Of a stretch of 64,000 bases of DNA, positions 25,261-35,994 are shown one piece after another (the stretch's first letter is position 1; each line of letters begins with the position of its first letter). Source of the DNA: Nitrospinales bacterium (GTDB lineage Bacteria > Nitrospinota > Nitrospinia > Nitrospinales > VA-1); the NCBI GenBank assembly GCA_965223795.1, contig CBDCXL010000001.1, forward strand, positions 32,001 through 96,000, given 5' to 3'. The notes under the pieces are model-generated. The model was given only the letters and a program-made list of their open reading frames with translations. It was not told where the DNA came from and ran no database searches. The position numbers and the translations under genes were made by a program.

Positions 25261-26565
25261 ATGAAAACAATACAAATCGGCCTGATCGGTTACGGCACCA
25301 TCGGCGCCGGTGTCGTCAAGATCCTCTCCGACAGCGCGGCGCTCATCGAGCAGAGGCTGGGGGTGAAGGTGCGCGTGGCCAAGATCGCGGATCTCGACAT
25401 CGAGACCGACCGCGGCGTGAAGCTGGAACCCGGCTGTCTGACCACGGATGTGAACGACGTCCTGGAGCATCCGGACATTTCGATGGTCGTCGAACTGATC
25501 GGCGGCTACGAACCGGCGCGCACGTTTCTGCTCAAAGCCATCGACAGCGGCAAGCACGCGGTCACGGCCAACAAGGCGCTTCTGGCCAAGCACGGCGATG
25601 AAATTTTCGCGGCGGTGGACGCCAAAGGCGTGTCGCTCGGGTTCGAGGGCGCGGTGGGCGGCGCCATCCCCATCATCCGCTCGATCCGCGAGGCCTTCGT
25701 CGCCAACCAGTTCTGCGCGGTGGAGGGCATCGTCAACGGGACGGCGAATTACATCCTGAGCAAAATGTCGGACGAGGGCTGCGACTTTCAGACGGCCTTG
25801 AAGGAAGCGCAGGAAAAGGGTTTCGCGGAAGCCGACCCGACCTTCGACATCGAGGGGATCGATTCGGCGCACAAGATCGCCATCCTCACCCGGCTGGCCT
25901 ACGGCACGCCCATCGACTGCGACCGCATCCCGGTGCAGGGCATCTCCAACATCCAGCCCGCGGATATCGACTGCGCGCGCGAGTTCGGCTACCGGATCAA
26001 GCTGCTCGCCATTTCCAAATTCGACGGCGCTTCGATCGACGTCCGGGTGCATCCGGTGATGATTCCCGCGAAAAATCCGATGGCCAACGTCAACGGGGTG
26101 TTGAACGCGATCCGGGTACAGGATAATCTGATGGACGAAAACATCCTCATCGGTCACGGCGCCGGGTCGCTGCCCACCGGCAGCGCGGTGGTCGGAGACA
26201 TCATCGAGATCGTCCGCAACAGCCTGGCGGGGGAGGGGACGCGTGTGCCGGCGCAGTCGTTCCAGCATTCCGGGATGCGGACGATTCCGCTGAAGGACAT
26301 GAACGACATCGAGGGGGAATATTTTTTACGGTTCGACGTACAGGATTCACCGGGTGTGCTTTCCAAGATCGCGGGCATACTCGGAGACCACGGCATCAGC
26401 ATCGAGTCGGTCATTCAGCGCAGGCGCGACCTGCACGGCAACGGTGTGCCTTTGATCATGATGTCGCACCGCGCCAGCGAGAAAAACGTGCGCGACGCGC
26501 TGACCGAGATCGACCGTCTTGACGTGGTGTGCGAGCCTTCGCACCTGATTCGAGTGGAAAACTGA
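25261..26565 (+). CDS. hom: Homoserine dehydrogenase with ACT domain
   Basis: GYGTIG, TANKA, GIVNGTANYIL, AEADPTFDIEGID, C-terminal ACT (DSPGVLSKI). Confidence 0.96.
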   Translation: MKTIQIGLIGYGTIGAGVVKILSDSAALIEQRLGVKVRVAKIADLDIETDRGVKLEPGCLTTDVNDVLEHPDISMVVELIGGYEPARTFLLKAIDSGKHAVTANKALLAKHGDEIFAAVDAKGVSLGFEGAVGGAIPIIRSIREAFVANQFCAVEGIVNGTANYILSKMSDEGCDFQTALKEAQEKGFAEADPTFDIEGIDSAHKIAILTRLAYGTPIDCDRIPVQGISNIQPADIDCAREFGYRIKLLAISKFDGASIDVRVHPVMIPAKNPMANVNGVLNAIRVQDNLMDENILIGHGAGSLPTGSAVVGDIIEIVRNSLAGEGTRVPAQSFQHSGMRTIPLKDMNDIEGEYFLRFDVQDSPGVLSKIAGILGDHGISIESVIQRRRDLHGNGVPLIMMSHRASEKNVRDALTEIDRLDVVCEPSHLIRVEN

Positions 26566-26594
26566 AACGCACCTGGATTCATTGAGAAACGATC

Positions 26595-27923
26595 ATGCCA
26601 TTCCGAGCCTGGTTCCAGTGCATCAACGATTGTCCGACCCAGTACGATCTCACTGAGATCGTCTACCGCTGCAAAGACTGCGGCGAGCTTCTGGAAGTGC
26701 GCCACGACATGGACCGGCTGCGCGTGCGCTCGGGCGAAGAATGGAAAAACCTGTTTCAGGAACGCTACCGCACCAACGAGTGGCCGTACGGCAGTTCCGT
26801 CTGGGGCAAGAAAGAGCTGGTGTGCCCGAACGTGGACAACGAGAACATCGTCTCGACCTACGAGGGCGGCACCAACCTGTTCTGGGCCGAACGGCTGGGC
26901 AAGCAGCTGGGCCTGGAGGATCTTTGGGTCAAGCAGTGCGGCATGGCGCACACGGGTTCCTTCAAGGATCTCGGAATGACGGTGCTGGTCTCGATGGTCA
27001 AGCAGATGATCTCGGAAGGAAAGAAGATCCGAGCGGTGGCCTGCGCCTCCACGGGAGACACCTCGGCGGCGCTGGCGGCGTACTGCGCGGTGGCGGGGAT
27101 TCCGGCGATCGTGTTTCTTCCCAAGAACAAGGTTTCGCTGACTCAATTGATCCAGCCGATCACGCACGGGGTGTTGACGCTTTCGCTCGACACGGATTTC
27201 GACGGCTGCATGAAGCTGGTGCAGAAGGTCTGCGCCGAAAACGAGATCTATCTGGCCAATTCGATGAACTCGCTGCGCATCGAGGGGCAGAAGACCATCA
27301 GTTTCGAACTGGTGCAGCAGAACAACTGGAGCGTGCCGGACTTTGTAGTGGTGCCGGGCGGCAACCTGGGAAACGTCAGCGCGGTGGGCAAGGGATTCAA
27401 GATGCTGCACGACCTGGGGGTGATCGACAAGCTGCCGCGCCTGGTCTGCGCCCAGGCGGAGCGCGCCGATCCGCTGTACCGCAGCTACAAGACCGGGTTC
27501 AAGACCTTCAAGCCGGTGCACGCGAAAAAGACGCTGGCCAGCGCGATCCAGATCGGCGATCCGGTCAGCGTGAAGAAAGCCATCCGGGCGCTGCAGGAAT
27601 TCGACGGCATCGTCGAGGAAGCCACGGAAAACGAACTGGCCAACGCCGCCGGCAAGGCCAACCGCACCGGGCTTCTGTGCTGCCCGCACACCGCGGTCGC
27701 CCTGGCGGTGGTGGAAAAGCTCGCCAAACGCGGGGAACTCAAACCCAAGGACCACATCGTCGTGCTGTCCACGGCGAACGGCCTGAAATTCACCGATTTT
27801 CTGTACAAGTACCACACCGACAAGCTGCGCGGCATCCAGTCGGATTACGCCTTCACACCGGTCGAGCTGCCGGCGGATTATTCTCAGGTGCGCGACACCA
27901 TTCTGGAGAAGATCGAAGCATGA
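26595..27923 (+). CDS. thrC: Threonine synthase
   Basis: TGSFKDLGM, CASTGDTSAA, NSLRIEGQKT, PGGNLGN. Follows hom. Confidence 0.95.
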   Translation: MPFRAWFQCINDCPTQYDLTEIVYRCKDCGELLEVRHDMDRLRVRSGEEWKNLFQERYRTNEWPYGSSVWGKKELVCPNVDNENIVSTYEGGTNLFWAERLGKQLGLEDLWVKQCGMAHTGSFKDLGMTVLVSMVKQMISEGKKIRAVACASTGDTSAALAAYCAVAGIPAIVFLPKNKVSLTQLIQPITHGVLTLSLDTDFDGCMKLVQKVCAENEIYLANSMNSLRIEGQKTISFELVQQNNWSVPDFVVVPGGNLGNVSAVGKGFKMLHDLGVIDKLPRLVCAQAERADPLYRSYKTGFKTFKPVHAKKTLASAIQIGDPVSVKKAIRALQEFDGIVEEATENELANAAGKANRTGLLCCPHTAVALAVVEKLAKRGELKPKDHIVVLSTANGLKFTDFLYKYHTDKLRGIQSDYAFTPVELPADYSQVRDTILEKIEA

Positions 27924-28699
27924 ACCTCCGCCCTGACAAAAAAAATCGCAGCAAAACTTTATGGCGCGAATTTCAAATCCTCGCAGCCGGGATCGTCATC
28001 TTAGGGGCATCCTGGGCGGATTTGGCGTACGCCGGGGAGCCGAAACGGGTGCCGATTCCCGCAGGGGAATTTCAAATGGGGGATGCGTACTGCGCCGAGG
28101 AGCAGGGCAACGCCGACTGGTGCCGCGACGAGACGCCGCATGCGGTCCGCCTCGACGCATACGCGATCGATGCGCACGAAGTCACCAACGCCGAATACCG
28201 CAAGTGTTTTCAGGCGGGCGTCTGCGACCCGGTGCCGCTGCACGAGGAACGGCCCAAGGATTTCAACCAGGGCAGGCAGCCGGTGGTGTTCGTGACGTGG
28301 AAGGACGCGATGACCTACTGCAAGTGGAAAGGCGGGCGGCTGCCCACCGAAGCGGAGTGGGAGCGCGCGGCCAGCGGCGACGATCCCGGCGGCGCGCATT
28401 TCGGCGAGGTCTACAAGCAGGGCATGCCGCGCAAGGTCGGCGGGTTCAACCCGAATTCCAACGGGCTGTACGACATGATGGGCAACGTGTACGAGTGGAC
28501 GCTCGACTGGTACGGGCCTCTGGAAACCTCCGGCGTTCAGGAAAACCCGGTTGGCCCCGAAACCGGAAAGGAAAAAGTGGTGCGGGGCGGGTCGTGGTTG
28601 TCGCCCAGCCATTATCTCAGGACCTCGGACCGGGTGGCGAAAACACCGGATCTCAGATACAGCGATGTGGGGTTCCGCTGCGTTGTCCCCGCTCAATGA
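27920..28699 (+). CDS. Exported formylglycine-generating enzyme (SUMF1/FGE-sulfatase) family protein
   Basis: GEFQMG, EVTNAEY, RLPTEAEWE, GLYDMMGNVYEW, RGGSW, GFRC. N-terminal hydrophobic segment. ATGA overlap with thrC. The long upstream extension in the ORF track is spurious. Confidence 0.88.
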   Translation: MNLRPDKKNRSKTLWREFQILAAGIVILGASWADLAYAGEPKRVPIPAGEFQMGDAYCAEEQGNADWCRDETPHAVRLDAYAIDAHEVTNAEYRKCFQAGVCDPVPLHEERPKDFNQGRQPVVFVTWKDAMTYCKWKGGRLPTEAEWERAASGDDPGGAHFGEVYKQGMPRKVGGFNPNSNGLYDMMGNVYEWTLDWYGPLETSGVQENPVGPETGKEKVVRGGSWLSPSHYLRTSDRVAKTPDLRYSDVGFRCVVPAQ

Positions 28700-28720
28700 A
28701 TAAGGAAAGGTGAAGGAATC

Positions 28721-29671
28721 ATGGCGGAAACGAAAAAGCTGGTGATCATCGGATCGGGCCCCGCGGGCCACACGGCGGCCATCTATGCGGCACGCGCAAA
28801 CCTGTCCCCCTTCATGTTCGAGGGCTATGTGGTGGGCGGCTCCGCGGGAGGCCAGCTGGTGACCACGACGGATGTGGAAAATTATCCCGGTTTCCCGGAA
28901 GGGGTCAGCGGCCCGGAACTGATGCAGCTGTTCCGCAAGCAGTCGGAACGGTTCGGCACCGAAATGGTGATGGAGGATGTGAGCGAGGTCGATTTCCGTT
29001 CGCGGCCGTTCACCATCAAATCGGACAACCGCGAACTCAAGGCCCATTCGGTCATCATCGCCACGGGCGCCACCGCGCGCCGCATGGGCGTGCCCAACGA
29101 GGAAGTATTGTGGAACAACGGCATGTCCGCCTGCGCGGTGTGTGACGGCGCGCTGCCCATGTTCCGCAACCATCCGCTCATGGTGATCGGCGGCGGCGAC
29201 ACGGCGGTGGAGGAGGCGACGTTTCTCACCAAGTTCGGCTCCAAGGTCTACATGGTGCACCGCCGCGACGAGCTGCGCGCCTCCAAGATCATGCAGCAGC
29301 GGGCGTTCGACAACCCCAAGCTGGACATCGTCTGGGACACGGTGCTGGAAGACGCGGTGGGCACCGAGTACGTGACCGGCGCGAAGCTCAAGAACGTCAA
29401 AACCGGCGAGCAGACGGAAGTCGAAGTGGCGGGCATCTTCTACGCGATCGGCCACACTCCCAACACGCAAGTGTTCAAAGGCCAGATCGACCTGGAAGAG
29501 AACGGTTACATCAAGATCAAGCCCGGCACGCAGGAGACCAGCGTGGAAGGCATCTACGCCGCGGGTGACGTGCACGACCACAAATACCGCCAGGCGGTCA
29601 CGGCGGCGGGGACCGGCTGCGCCGCGGCCCTGGAAAGCGAGCGCTGGCTCACCGAAAAAGGCCTGGCCTGA
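28721..29671 (+). CDS. trxB: Thioredoxin-disulfide reductase
   Basis: GSGPAG, CAVCDG active site, GGGDTA, HRRD, RQAVTAAG. Confidence 0.96.
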   Translation: MAETKKLVIIGSGPAGHTAAIYAARANLSPFMFEGYVVGGSAGGQLVTTTDVENYPGFPEGVSGPELMQLFRKQSERFGTEMVMEDVSEVDFRSRPFTIKSDNRELKAHSVIIATGATARRMGVPNEEVLWNNGMSACAVCDGALPMFRNHPLMVIGGGDTAVEEATFLTKFGSKVYMVHRRDELRASKIMQQRAFDNPKLDIVWDTVLEDAVGTEYVTGAKLKNVKTGEQTEVEVAGIFYAIGHTPNTQVFKGQIDLEENGYIKIKPGTQETSVEGIYAAGDVHDHKYRQAVTAAGTGCAAALESERWLTEKGLA

Positions 29672-29836
29672 TCCCTCCTATCCGCGAAATACCCTGAAAA
29701 TCCGCTCTTTCCCCGAAAGCGCCGGGCCTGCCATCGCATTGCTTTTCCCGCATCTGGCTTGACAAAGCCCTGCCGCGATCCTATTTCCCCTACAGCGAAT
29801 TGACATTCCATCCCTTTTTCAAAGGAAACGACCTTC

Positions 29837-32476
29837 ATGCGATTCGACCGGATGACCATCAAATTACAGGAAGCCGTGGCGCAGTCCCAGACGCTTGCGG
29901 AAGAAGCGAAGCAGCAGGCCCTCGAGAACGAGCACCTGCTTTGCACCCTGCTGGGTGAGCCCGAGGGGGTGTGCGCGGTTCTGGTCAAGAAAGTGGGCGT
30001 CGAGCCCGGCAAACTGCTGGCCGAGTTGGACGCCAAGCGCAAAAGCTATCCCTCCGTGACGGGAGGCCAGGTGTATCTGGGCGCGTCGCTCAAGGAAACA
30101 CTGGAAAAGGCGTTCGAAGAAGCGCGGCAGATGAAGGACGAATTTCTCAGCGCCGAGCACGTGCTGCTGGCGGTGGCGAAAAACGCCAAATCCGCGGCGG
30201 GGAAGATCTTCCAGAAACTGGGGCTGACGCACGACACGCTGCTCCAGGCGCTACAGACCCTGCGCGGCAGCCAGCGCATCACAGATCAGAATCCCGAATC
30301 GAAATACCAGGTGCTGGAAAAATTCTGCATCGATCTCACGGAAAAGGCCCGCTCTGAAAAACTGGACCCGGTGGTGGGCCGCGACAGCGAGATCCGCAGG
30401 GTGATCCAGGTGCTGTCGCGCCGCACCAAGAACAACCCGGTGCTCATCGGCGAGCCGGGCGTCGGCAAGACGGCCATCGTCGAAGGGCTGGCGCAGCGCA
30501 TCCACCGCCGCGACGTGCCGGAGGGCCTCAAGGACAAGCGCATCCTCATGCTCGATCTCGGGCAGCTGGTCGCGGGCACCAAGTACCGCGGCGAGTTCGA
30601 GGACCGGCTGAAAGCGGTGCTCAAGGAAATCAACCACAGCGAAGGCGAGATCATTCTTTTCATCGACGAGATGCACACGCTGGTGGGCGCGGGTTCGGCG
30701 GAAGGTTCGATGGACGCGTCCAACATGCTCAAGCCCGCGCTGGCGCGCGGCGAGCTGCACTGCGTGGGCGCAACGACACTGGGCGAGTACCGCAAGCACA
30801 TCGAAAAAGACCCCGCGCTGGAACGGCGGTTTCAGCCGGTCATGGTCGGGGAACCGAGCGTCGAGGACACCGTCTCCATCCTTCGCGGACTCAAGGGACG
30901 CTATGAAGTGCACCACGGCGTGCGCATTCAGGACGCGGCGATCCTGGCGGCGGCGCGGCTGTCGCACCGCTACATCGCAGACCGGTTTCTGCCGGACAAG
31001 GCCATCGACCTGATCGACGAAGCCGCGTCCAGCCTGCGCATGCAGATCGATTCGATGCCGTCGGAGATCGACAGCTTCCAGAGAAAGATCACGCAGCTTG
31101 AGATCGAACGCGAAGCGCTCAAGAAAGAAGACGACGCCGAATCGCGACGCCGTCTGGAAAGCATCGGCGAGGAAATCGACGCGCTGAAGAAATCCTGCTC
31201 GATCATGCAGGAGCAGTGGAAGCAGGAGAAGCGCATCATCGAAGAGAAGCGCGCGCTCAAGGAAAAGATCGAGTCCACCCGCACCGAAGCGGAGAATGCC
31301 GAGCGGGAAGGCAAGCTCGAACACGCGGCGGAGCTCAAGTACGGTTCGCTGCCGCGCCTGCAGTCTGAAGCGGAAGCGCTGGAGAAAAAACTGGCCGACG
31401 CGCAGGGCGAACGCAAGATGCTCAACGAGGAAGTGGGCGAGGAGGAAATCTGCGCCATCATCGCGCGCTGGACGGGCATTCCCGTCGAGCGCATGCTGCA
31501 GTCCGAAAAGCAGCGGCTTCTGGAAATGGAGGACGTCATCAAGAAACGCGTCATCGGCCAGGACGACGCGGTGCGGCTGGTTGCGAACGCCATCCGGCGG
31601 GCGCGCGCGGGGCTGCAGGAACCGAACCGGCCCATCGGCACGTTTCTGTTCCTCGGGCCGACGGGCGTGGGCAAGACCCAGCTGGCGCGGTCGCTGGCGG
31701 AATTTCTGTTCGACGACGAGCAGGCGATGGTGCGCATCGACATGTCCGAGTACATGGAGAAGCATTCGGTCGCGCGGCTCATCGGCGCGCCTCCGGGCTA
31801 CGTCGGCTACGACGAAGGCGGCTACCTGACCGAGCACGTGCGCCGCAAACCGTATTCGGTGGTGCTGTTCGACGAGATCGAAAAAGCGCACCCGGACGTG
31901 TTCAACGTCTTTTTGCAGATCCTCGATGAAGGCCGTTTGACGGACGGGCAGGGCAAGACCGTCGACTTCAAGAACACGGTGGTGCTGATGACCTCCAACA
32001 TCGGCGGCAAGCTGATTCAGGACGCCGGCATGGAAGCGGCGCGGCTGGAAAGCGAGAACGGCGACGGCGGCGCAGTGTGGGAAGCGGAGTACGAGAAGGT
32101 TCAGGACGCGGTGCGTCAGGAACTGAGGAACCATTTCCGTCCCGAATTTCTCAACCGCATCGACGACATCGTGCTGTTCAAGAACCTGAGCCGCGAGCGG
32201 ATCAAGGAGATCGTGGACGTTCAGGTCGCGGACCTGCGCGCGCGGCTTGCGGACAAGCGCATGACGCTGACGCTGTCGGATTCGGTGAAGGACGTGCTGG
32301 CCGAAAAAGGCTACGATCCGGTGTTCGGTGCGCGGCCTTTGAAACGCGCGGTGCAAAAATACCTGCAGGATCCGATTTCCCTCAAGATCCTCGAAGAGCA
32401 GTTCGCCGACGGCGACCGCATCCTGGTGGACACCAACGGCGGCGGCCACTTCGTGTTCAAAAAGGAAACCGCATAA
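29837..32476 (+). CDS. clpB: ATP-dependent chaperone ClpB
   Basis: Two AAA+ modules (GEPGVGKT and GPTGVGKT), long coiled-coil middle domain with AAELKYG, GARPLKR. Confidence 0.97.
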   Translation: MRFDRMTIKLQEAVAQSQTLAEEAKQQALENEHLLCTLLGEPEGVCAVLVKKVGVEPGKLLAELDAKRKSYPSVTGGQVYLGASLKETLEKAFEEARQMKDEFLSAEHVLLAVAKNAKSAAGKIFQKLGLTHDTLLQALQTLRGSQRITDQNPESKYQVLEKFCIDLTEKARSEKLDPVVGRDSEIRRVIQVLSRRTKNNPVLIGEPGVGKTAIVEGLAQRIHRRDVPEGLKDKRILMLDLGQLVAGTKYRGEFEDRLKAVLKEINHSEGEIILFIDEMHTLVGAGSAEGSMDASNMLKPALARGELHCVGATTLGEYRKHIEKDPALERRFQPVMVGEPSVEDTVSILRGLKGRYEVHHGVRIQDAAILAAARLSHRYIADRFLPDKAIDLIDEAASSLRMQIDSMPSEIDSFQRKITQLEIEREALKKEDDAESRRRLESIGEEIDALKKSCSIMQEQWKQEKRIIEEKRALKEKIESTRTEAENAEREGKLEHAAELKYGSLPRLQSEAEALEKKLADAQGERKMLNEEVGEEEICAIIARWTGIPVERMLQSEKQRLLEMEDVIKKRVIGQDDAVRLVANAIRRARAGLQEPNRPIGTFLFLGPTGVGKTQLARSLAEFLFDDEQAMVRIDMSEYMEKHSVARLIGAPPGYVGYDEGGYLTEHVRRKPYSVVLFDEIEKAHPDVFNVFLQILDEGRLTDGQGKTVDFKNTVVLMTSNIGGKLIQDAGMEAARLESENGDGGAVWEAEYEKVQDAVRQELRNHFRPEFLNRIDDIVLFKNLSRERIKEIVDVQVADLRARLADKRMTLTLSDSVKDVLAEKGYDPVFGARPLKRAVQKYLQDPISLKILEEQFADGDRILVDTNGGGHFVFKKETA

Positions 32477-32518
32477 GATCATTGAGCGCTTGTTCAAACG
32501 GGCTTGAAGCGCTCCTAC

Positions 32519-32549
32519 AACGGGAGGGACGCCCCCTCCCTCCCGTTTT
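32519..32549 (+). terminator. Intrinsic terminator after clpB
   Basis: aacgggaggga-cgccccc-tccctcccgtt hairpin with a short T run, between convergent genes. Confidence 0.65.
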
Positions 32550-32616
32550 CCTTCTCACGGCACTTCGGTCCTTCCCATTCGCCCGTGTCCAGCCGATGAC
32601 CGCCCTCCATTACCAT

Positions 32617-35600
32617 TCAGGTTAAATCTACAAACTCCGCCTGCAGGGGATAGTACAGCGCCTTGTGAATGGGGCGGGTTTCCCCTTTAAGCCGGATCAG
32701 TTCTACGTATTGGTTTAATTGGGCTTTATATTGGTCCAACTGGGCTTTGTGCTTTTCCAGCTTTTCGGGAGATCCGGTTTTGTAATCGACGATCCAGCGC
32801 CTGTCGTTCTCGTCCACGAAGGTGCGGTCGATCTGGACGCTCACAAAGCGTCCCTTGAGAAATCCGGTGAGCGGGTACTCCGAGTGGGCGTCGGTATGCG
32901 GCGTCAGAATCCAGCGGCCGCGTTCATCCTGCACGACCTTGCGCAGGGCCTGCATTGCCGTATCGACGGCCTGCTCGATTTTATCCGGCGCCATCCCCTG
33001 CGCCAAAAGGGCCGTGCGCAGTTTCCCGGCCTGACCTTTCAGGTTGTCCCCGCTCCAGGCCTCCATTTCGCCCTGCGCCATTTTCTGCAGGCACAGGTGC
33101 AGCACGTTGCCCAGGCAGCGGGCCTCGCTGCCCCGCCACACAAACTCACCCTCATCTCCGGATTTTTCACTGATCTCGCTGACCCGTCCGGCATGGACCG
33201 CCGGATGCGGTTCGGGAAACTCAACAGGGTGCGGCAGGCGGCGGATGCGGTGCGCGGCGGCAACCGGTGCTTCCACTGCGGGAGCTTCGTCGGGCAAATT
33301 CGGGTTGCGTAGGAGCCAGGAGATCCAGTCCTCGCCGATGTGCGGCCAGAGCCGCGCGAGCAGCGACCGCCTGTCCGGCTTCCAGCTGTCGATGTCGGGA
33401 TTACCTTTTCCGCGCACATGGCCGAACAGGTGCAGCTGCTTTTTCGCCCGCGTGGCAGCGACGTAAAGCAGGCGCAGGGTCTCGAAACCGTTTTTCTTTT
33501 CGTCTAGACGGGAGAGAAATCCGTAGATCTCGGAGCCGGTGTCTTCCTTGTCCTCCATCGGGGCGAGCAGCAGATCGTTGCCGTGGGGAATCCAGAATAC
33601 CAGGCGCCTGCTGTATGCCGAGGGTTTGCGGTCCAGACCCGGCAGCAGGACGTGGTCGAATTCGAGGCCCTTGGCCTTGTGCATGGTCATGATCTGCACG
33701 GGGTTGTCCTGCGCGGGCGCGGGACTGGCGAACAGGGTTTCCAGTGTGCGGCCGAACTGCGCCAGCGCCGCCATTCCGCCGCTGTTGAGCGCGCTTGAAA
33801 CTTCATCGAAAAACACGTCCACATCCGAAAACGTGCGTTCCCCGATGCAGGCCGGGCCGCCGAGGGCAATCCAGACGCCTTCCAATAGATCCCGGAAATC
33901 CGCCGCGGGCAGGGCCTTGAGCGCGGGATCCAGCACCGCGCGAAACCGCTCGCTGCGCTGTTGCCCGTCCGGGCTCAGTGTGGCAATGCGGTCCGGATCG
34001 TTGAGGAGCCGCCAGATGGAGGTGTCGCGGTCGTTGTCACACAGCCGCAGCAGGTCTGCCAGGGACAGGCCGCACCAGGGCGCGCGCAGTATGGAGAGCC
34101 AGGCGGCGCGGTCGGTGGGCGAGAGCAGGGCGCGCAGCAGGGCGAGCAGGTCCTGGATTTCGGGTCGCCCGGTCAACGGGTCGATATCTTCAGCGGTGAA
34201 GGCGATCCCTTCTTCATGGAAATGCTGTACAGCGGCGGCCAGGTGACTGCGCGCGCGCACCAGGATGGCGATGGTCTGATTGGGGTCGTCATTCCGGATT
34301 TCGCGGATCACCTCGACCATCCGGCGCGCTTCCTCGTTCGAGCGCGCGTCCTTGTCCTCGGTGGGCGTCAGGATATGCAGCAGCGCTCCGTCCGCGTCGT
34401 CTTCACCCAATGCGGCCTGGGATTCCGCGTAGGAGATGGCGCCGAGATCGGGATCGTCGCGCCGCGGAAAGATTTCGCCAAAGCAGCCGTTGACCCAATC
34501 GACGACTTTTTTTTGCGAGCGGAAATTGGTTCTGAGCGTCAGGCTTGTCAATTCGATGTCGCCGATGCCGTGTTCGCGTGTCTGTAGAAACAGTCCGACC
34601 TCGGCGTCGCGGAAGCGGTAGATCGACTGCATGGGGTCGCCGACGATGAACAGCGTGCGGCCGTCGCCCCGTTCCCATCCCGCCGTCAGCAGTTCCAGCA
34701 GGTGTTTCTGCTTGAACGAGGTGTCCTGGAACTCGTCCACCAGGATGTGCTGGATGCGGGTGTCCAGGTACAGCAGCAGGTCGGTGGGATTGGTGTCTTC
34801 GCCCAGTGCGCCGATGGCGGCCAGCGCAATCTCGGTGAAATCGGTTCTGCCGCGGCCGGCGAACACCCGGCGCAGCGTTGCGGACAGGCGGGGCAGCAGC
34901 TCCAGGGTCGCCTTGAGCACCTGCCATTCCCCCTCTTCAAAACGGGGAGCGGGCAGTTTCCGCACCTCATCGAGCATGTCGAGAAGCAGAGGGTTGCCGG
35001 TGTGGGAGTCCACCCAATCCTTGAACCGGTTTTTCATTTCGGTTTCGGGAGAGTTTTTCGGGCCGGTGGGGAAGCCGTTTCTTTTATCCACTGTTTTGCG
35101 AAACTCGCCTTTTTGTGTGAGCAGCAGGTTCGCCAGCGCGCGCCATTGAGCCAGCTGCGAAACGGTTGCTTCGGGCAGGGCCTGCAAGCCGTCGAGGCAC
35201 GCCAGCGGATCGTCCGGTTTGTCTTGGGCAAGGTTGCCGCCGCTGTAGGCGGCGAGCGCAACGAGTTCGACCGCTGCTCGCTCCGGAATCAGCGAACGGG
35301 CGTCGAGCAGCACGTTTTCGATGACGCCGGTGAGGGCGGATTCGAGGTAACGGCGTGTGGCGTCCGTGACTTCATTCTCTTCATGGAAAAACGTCATCCA
35401 CTGGTCGCGTTTTTCCAGCAGCTCGAGGATGCGGTCGCGGAAACCGGATTTGGAATTGTCGAGATGCCGGAACACGGTGCGGATCGCGTCCCCCTCGGCG
35501 CTGTCGTTTTCGATTCGGAGCTGAACGCGCCGCGCCGCTTCCCGGTACAGCTCGCCGGGTTTTTCCTCGATGTCGAGCGGTCCGCCGGTGCGCGAGAGCA

Positions 35601-35994
35601 GGGGCATCTGGCGGACGAGGGCGGCGCAGAACGAATCGATGGTCTGGATCTTCAGACGCGCCGGGTTCTGCAGCAGCGACCAGCCGAGCTGTTCGTCCTG
35701 CCTCAGGACTTCGCGCGCCAGCTCAAAGGTGTGCCGGTCGTGCGGGTCGCCGGGCGGTTCGCCGCCGCGCGCGCATTCCAGGGCGTCGAGGATGCGCTTT
35801 TTCATCTCGCCCGCGGCCTTGCGGGTGAAGGTCATGGCGAGGATCTGCTCCGGCGCTTCCACCCGCGTTAATAGCCGCAGCAACCGCTGGATGAGGAGCC
35901 CGGTCTTGCCGGAGCCCGCGGGCGCCTGCACGATGAAGGAGCGCTGCGGGTCGAGTGCGGTCCGCCTTTCCTCGGCATCGGCGATGGCGCTCAT
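32617..35994 (-). CDS. AddA/RecB-like UvrD helicase-nuclease
   Basis: APAGSGKT, TFTRKAA, VDEFQDT, GDPMQSIYRFR, TMHKAKGLEF, YVAATRA, C-terminal nuclease IDR...VDYKTG. Confidence 0.9.
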   Translation of the reverse strand: MSAIADAEERRTALDPQRSFIVQAPAGSGKTGLLIQRLLRLLTRVEAPEQILAMTFTRKAAGEMKKRILDALECARGGEPPGDPHDRHTFELAREVLRQDEQLGWSLLQNPARLKIQTIDSFCAALVRQMPLLSRTGGPLDIEEKPGELYREAARRVQLRIENDSAEGDAIRTVFRHLDNSKSGFRDRILELLEKRDQWMTFFHEENEVTDATRRYLESALTGVIENVLLDARSLIPERAAVELVALAAYSGGNLAQDKPDDPLACLDGLQALPEATVSQLAQWRALANLLLTQKGEFRKTVDKRNGFPTGPKNSPETEMKNRFKDWVDSHTGNPLLLDMLDEVRKLPAPRFEEGEWQVLKATLELLPRLSATLRRVFAGRGRTDFTEIALAAIGALGEDTNPTDLLLYLDTRIQHILVDEFQDTSFKQKHLLELLTAGWERGDGRTLFIVGDPMQSIYRFRDAEVGLFLQTREHGIGDIELTSLTLRTNFRSQKKVVDWVNGCFGEIFPRRDDPDLGAISYAESQAALGEDDADGALLHILTPTEDKDARSNEEARRMVEVIREIRNDDPNQTIAILVRARSHLAAAVQHFHEEGIAFTAEDIDPLTGRPEIQDLLALLRALLSPTDRAAWLSILRAPWCGLSLADLLRLCDNDRDTSIWRLLNDPDRIATLSPDGQQRSERFRAVLDPALKALPAADFRDLLEGVWIALGGPACIGERTFSDVDVFFDEVSSALNSGGMAALAQFGRTLETLFASPAPAQDNPVQIMTMHKAKGLEFDHVLLPGLDRKPSAYSRRLVFWIPHGNDLLLAPMEDKEDTGSEIYGFLSRLDEKKNGFETLRLLYVAATRAKKQLHLFGHVRGKGNPDIDSWKPDRRSLLARLWPHIGEDWISWLLRNPNLPDEAPAVEAPVAAAHRIRRLPHPVEFPEPHPAVHAGRVSEISEKSGDEGEFVWRGSEARCLGNVLHLCLQKMAQGEMEAWSGDNLKGQAGKLRTALLAQGMAPDKIEQAVDTAMQALRKVVQDERGRWILTPHTDAHSEYPLTGFLKGRFVSVQIDRTFVDENDRRWIVDYKTGSPEKLEKHKAQLDQYKAQLNQYVELIRLKGETRPIHKALYYPLQAEFVDLT

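Noticed and set aside
29672..29836. CIRCE/HrcA or other heat-shock operator before clpB
   Set aside because: No TTAGCACTC-N9-GAGTGCTAA. Only TTGACA with a weak -10.
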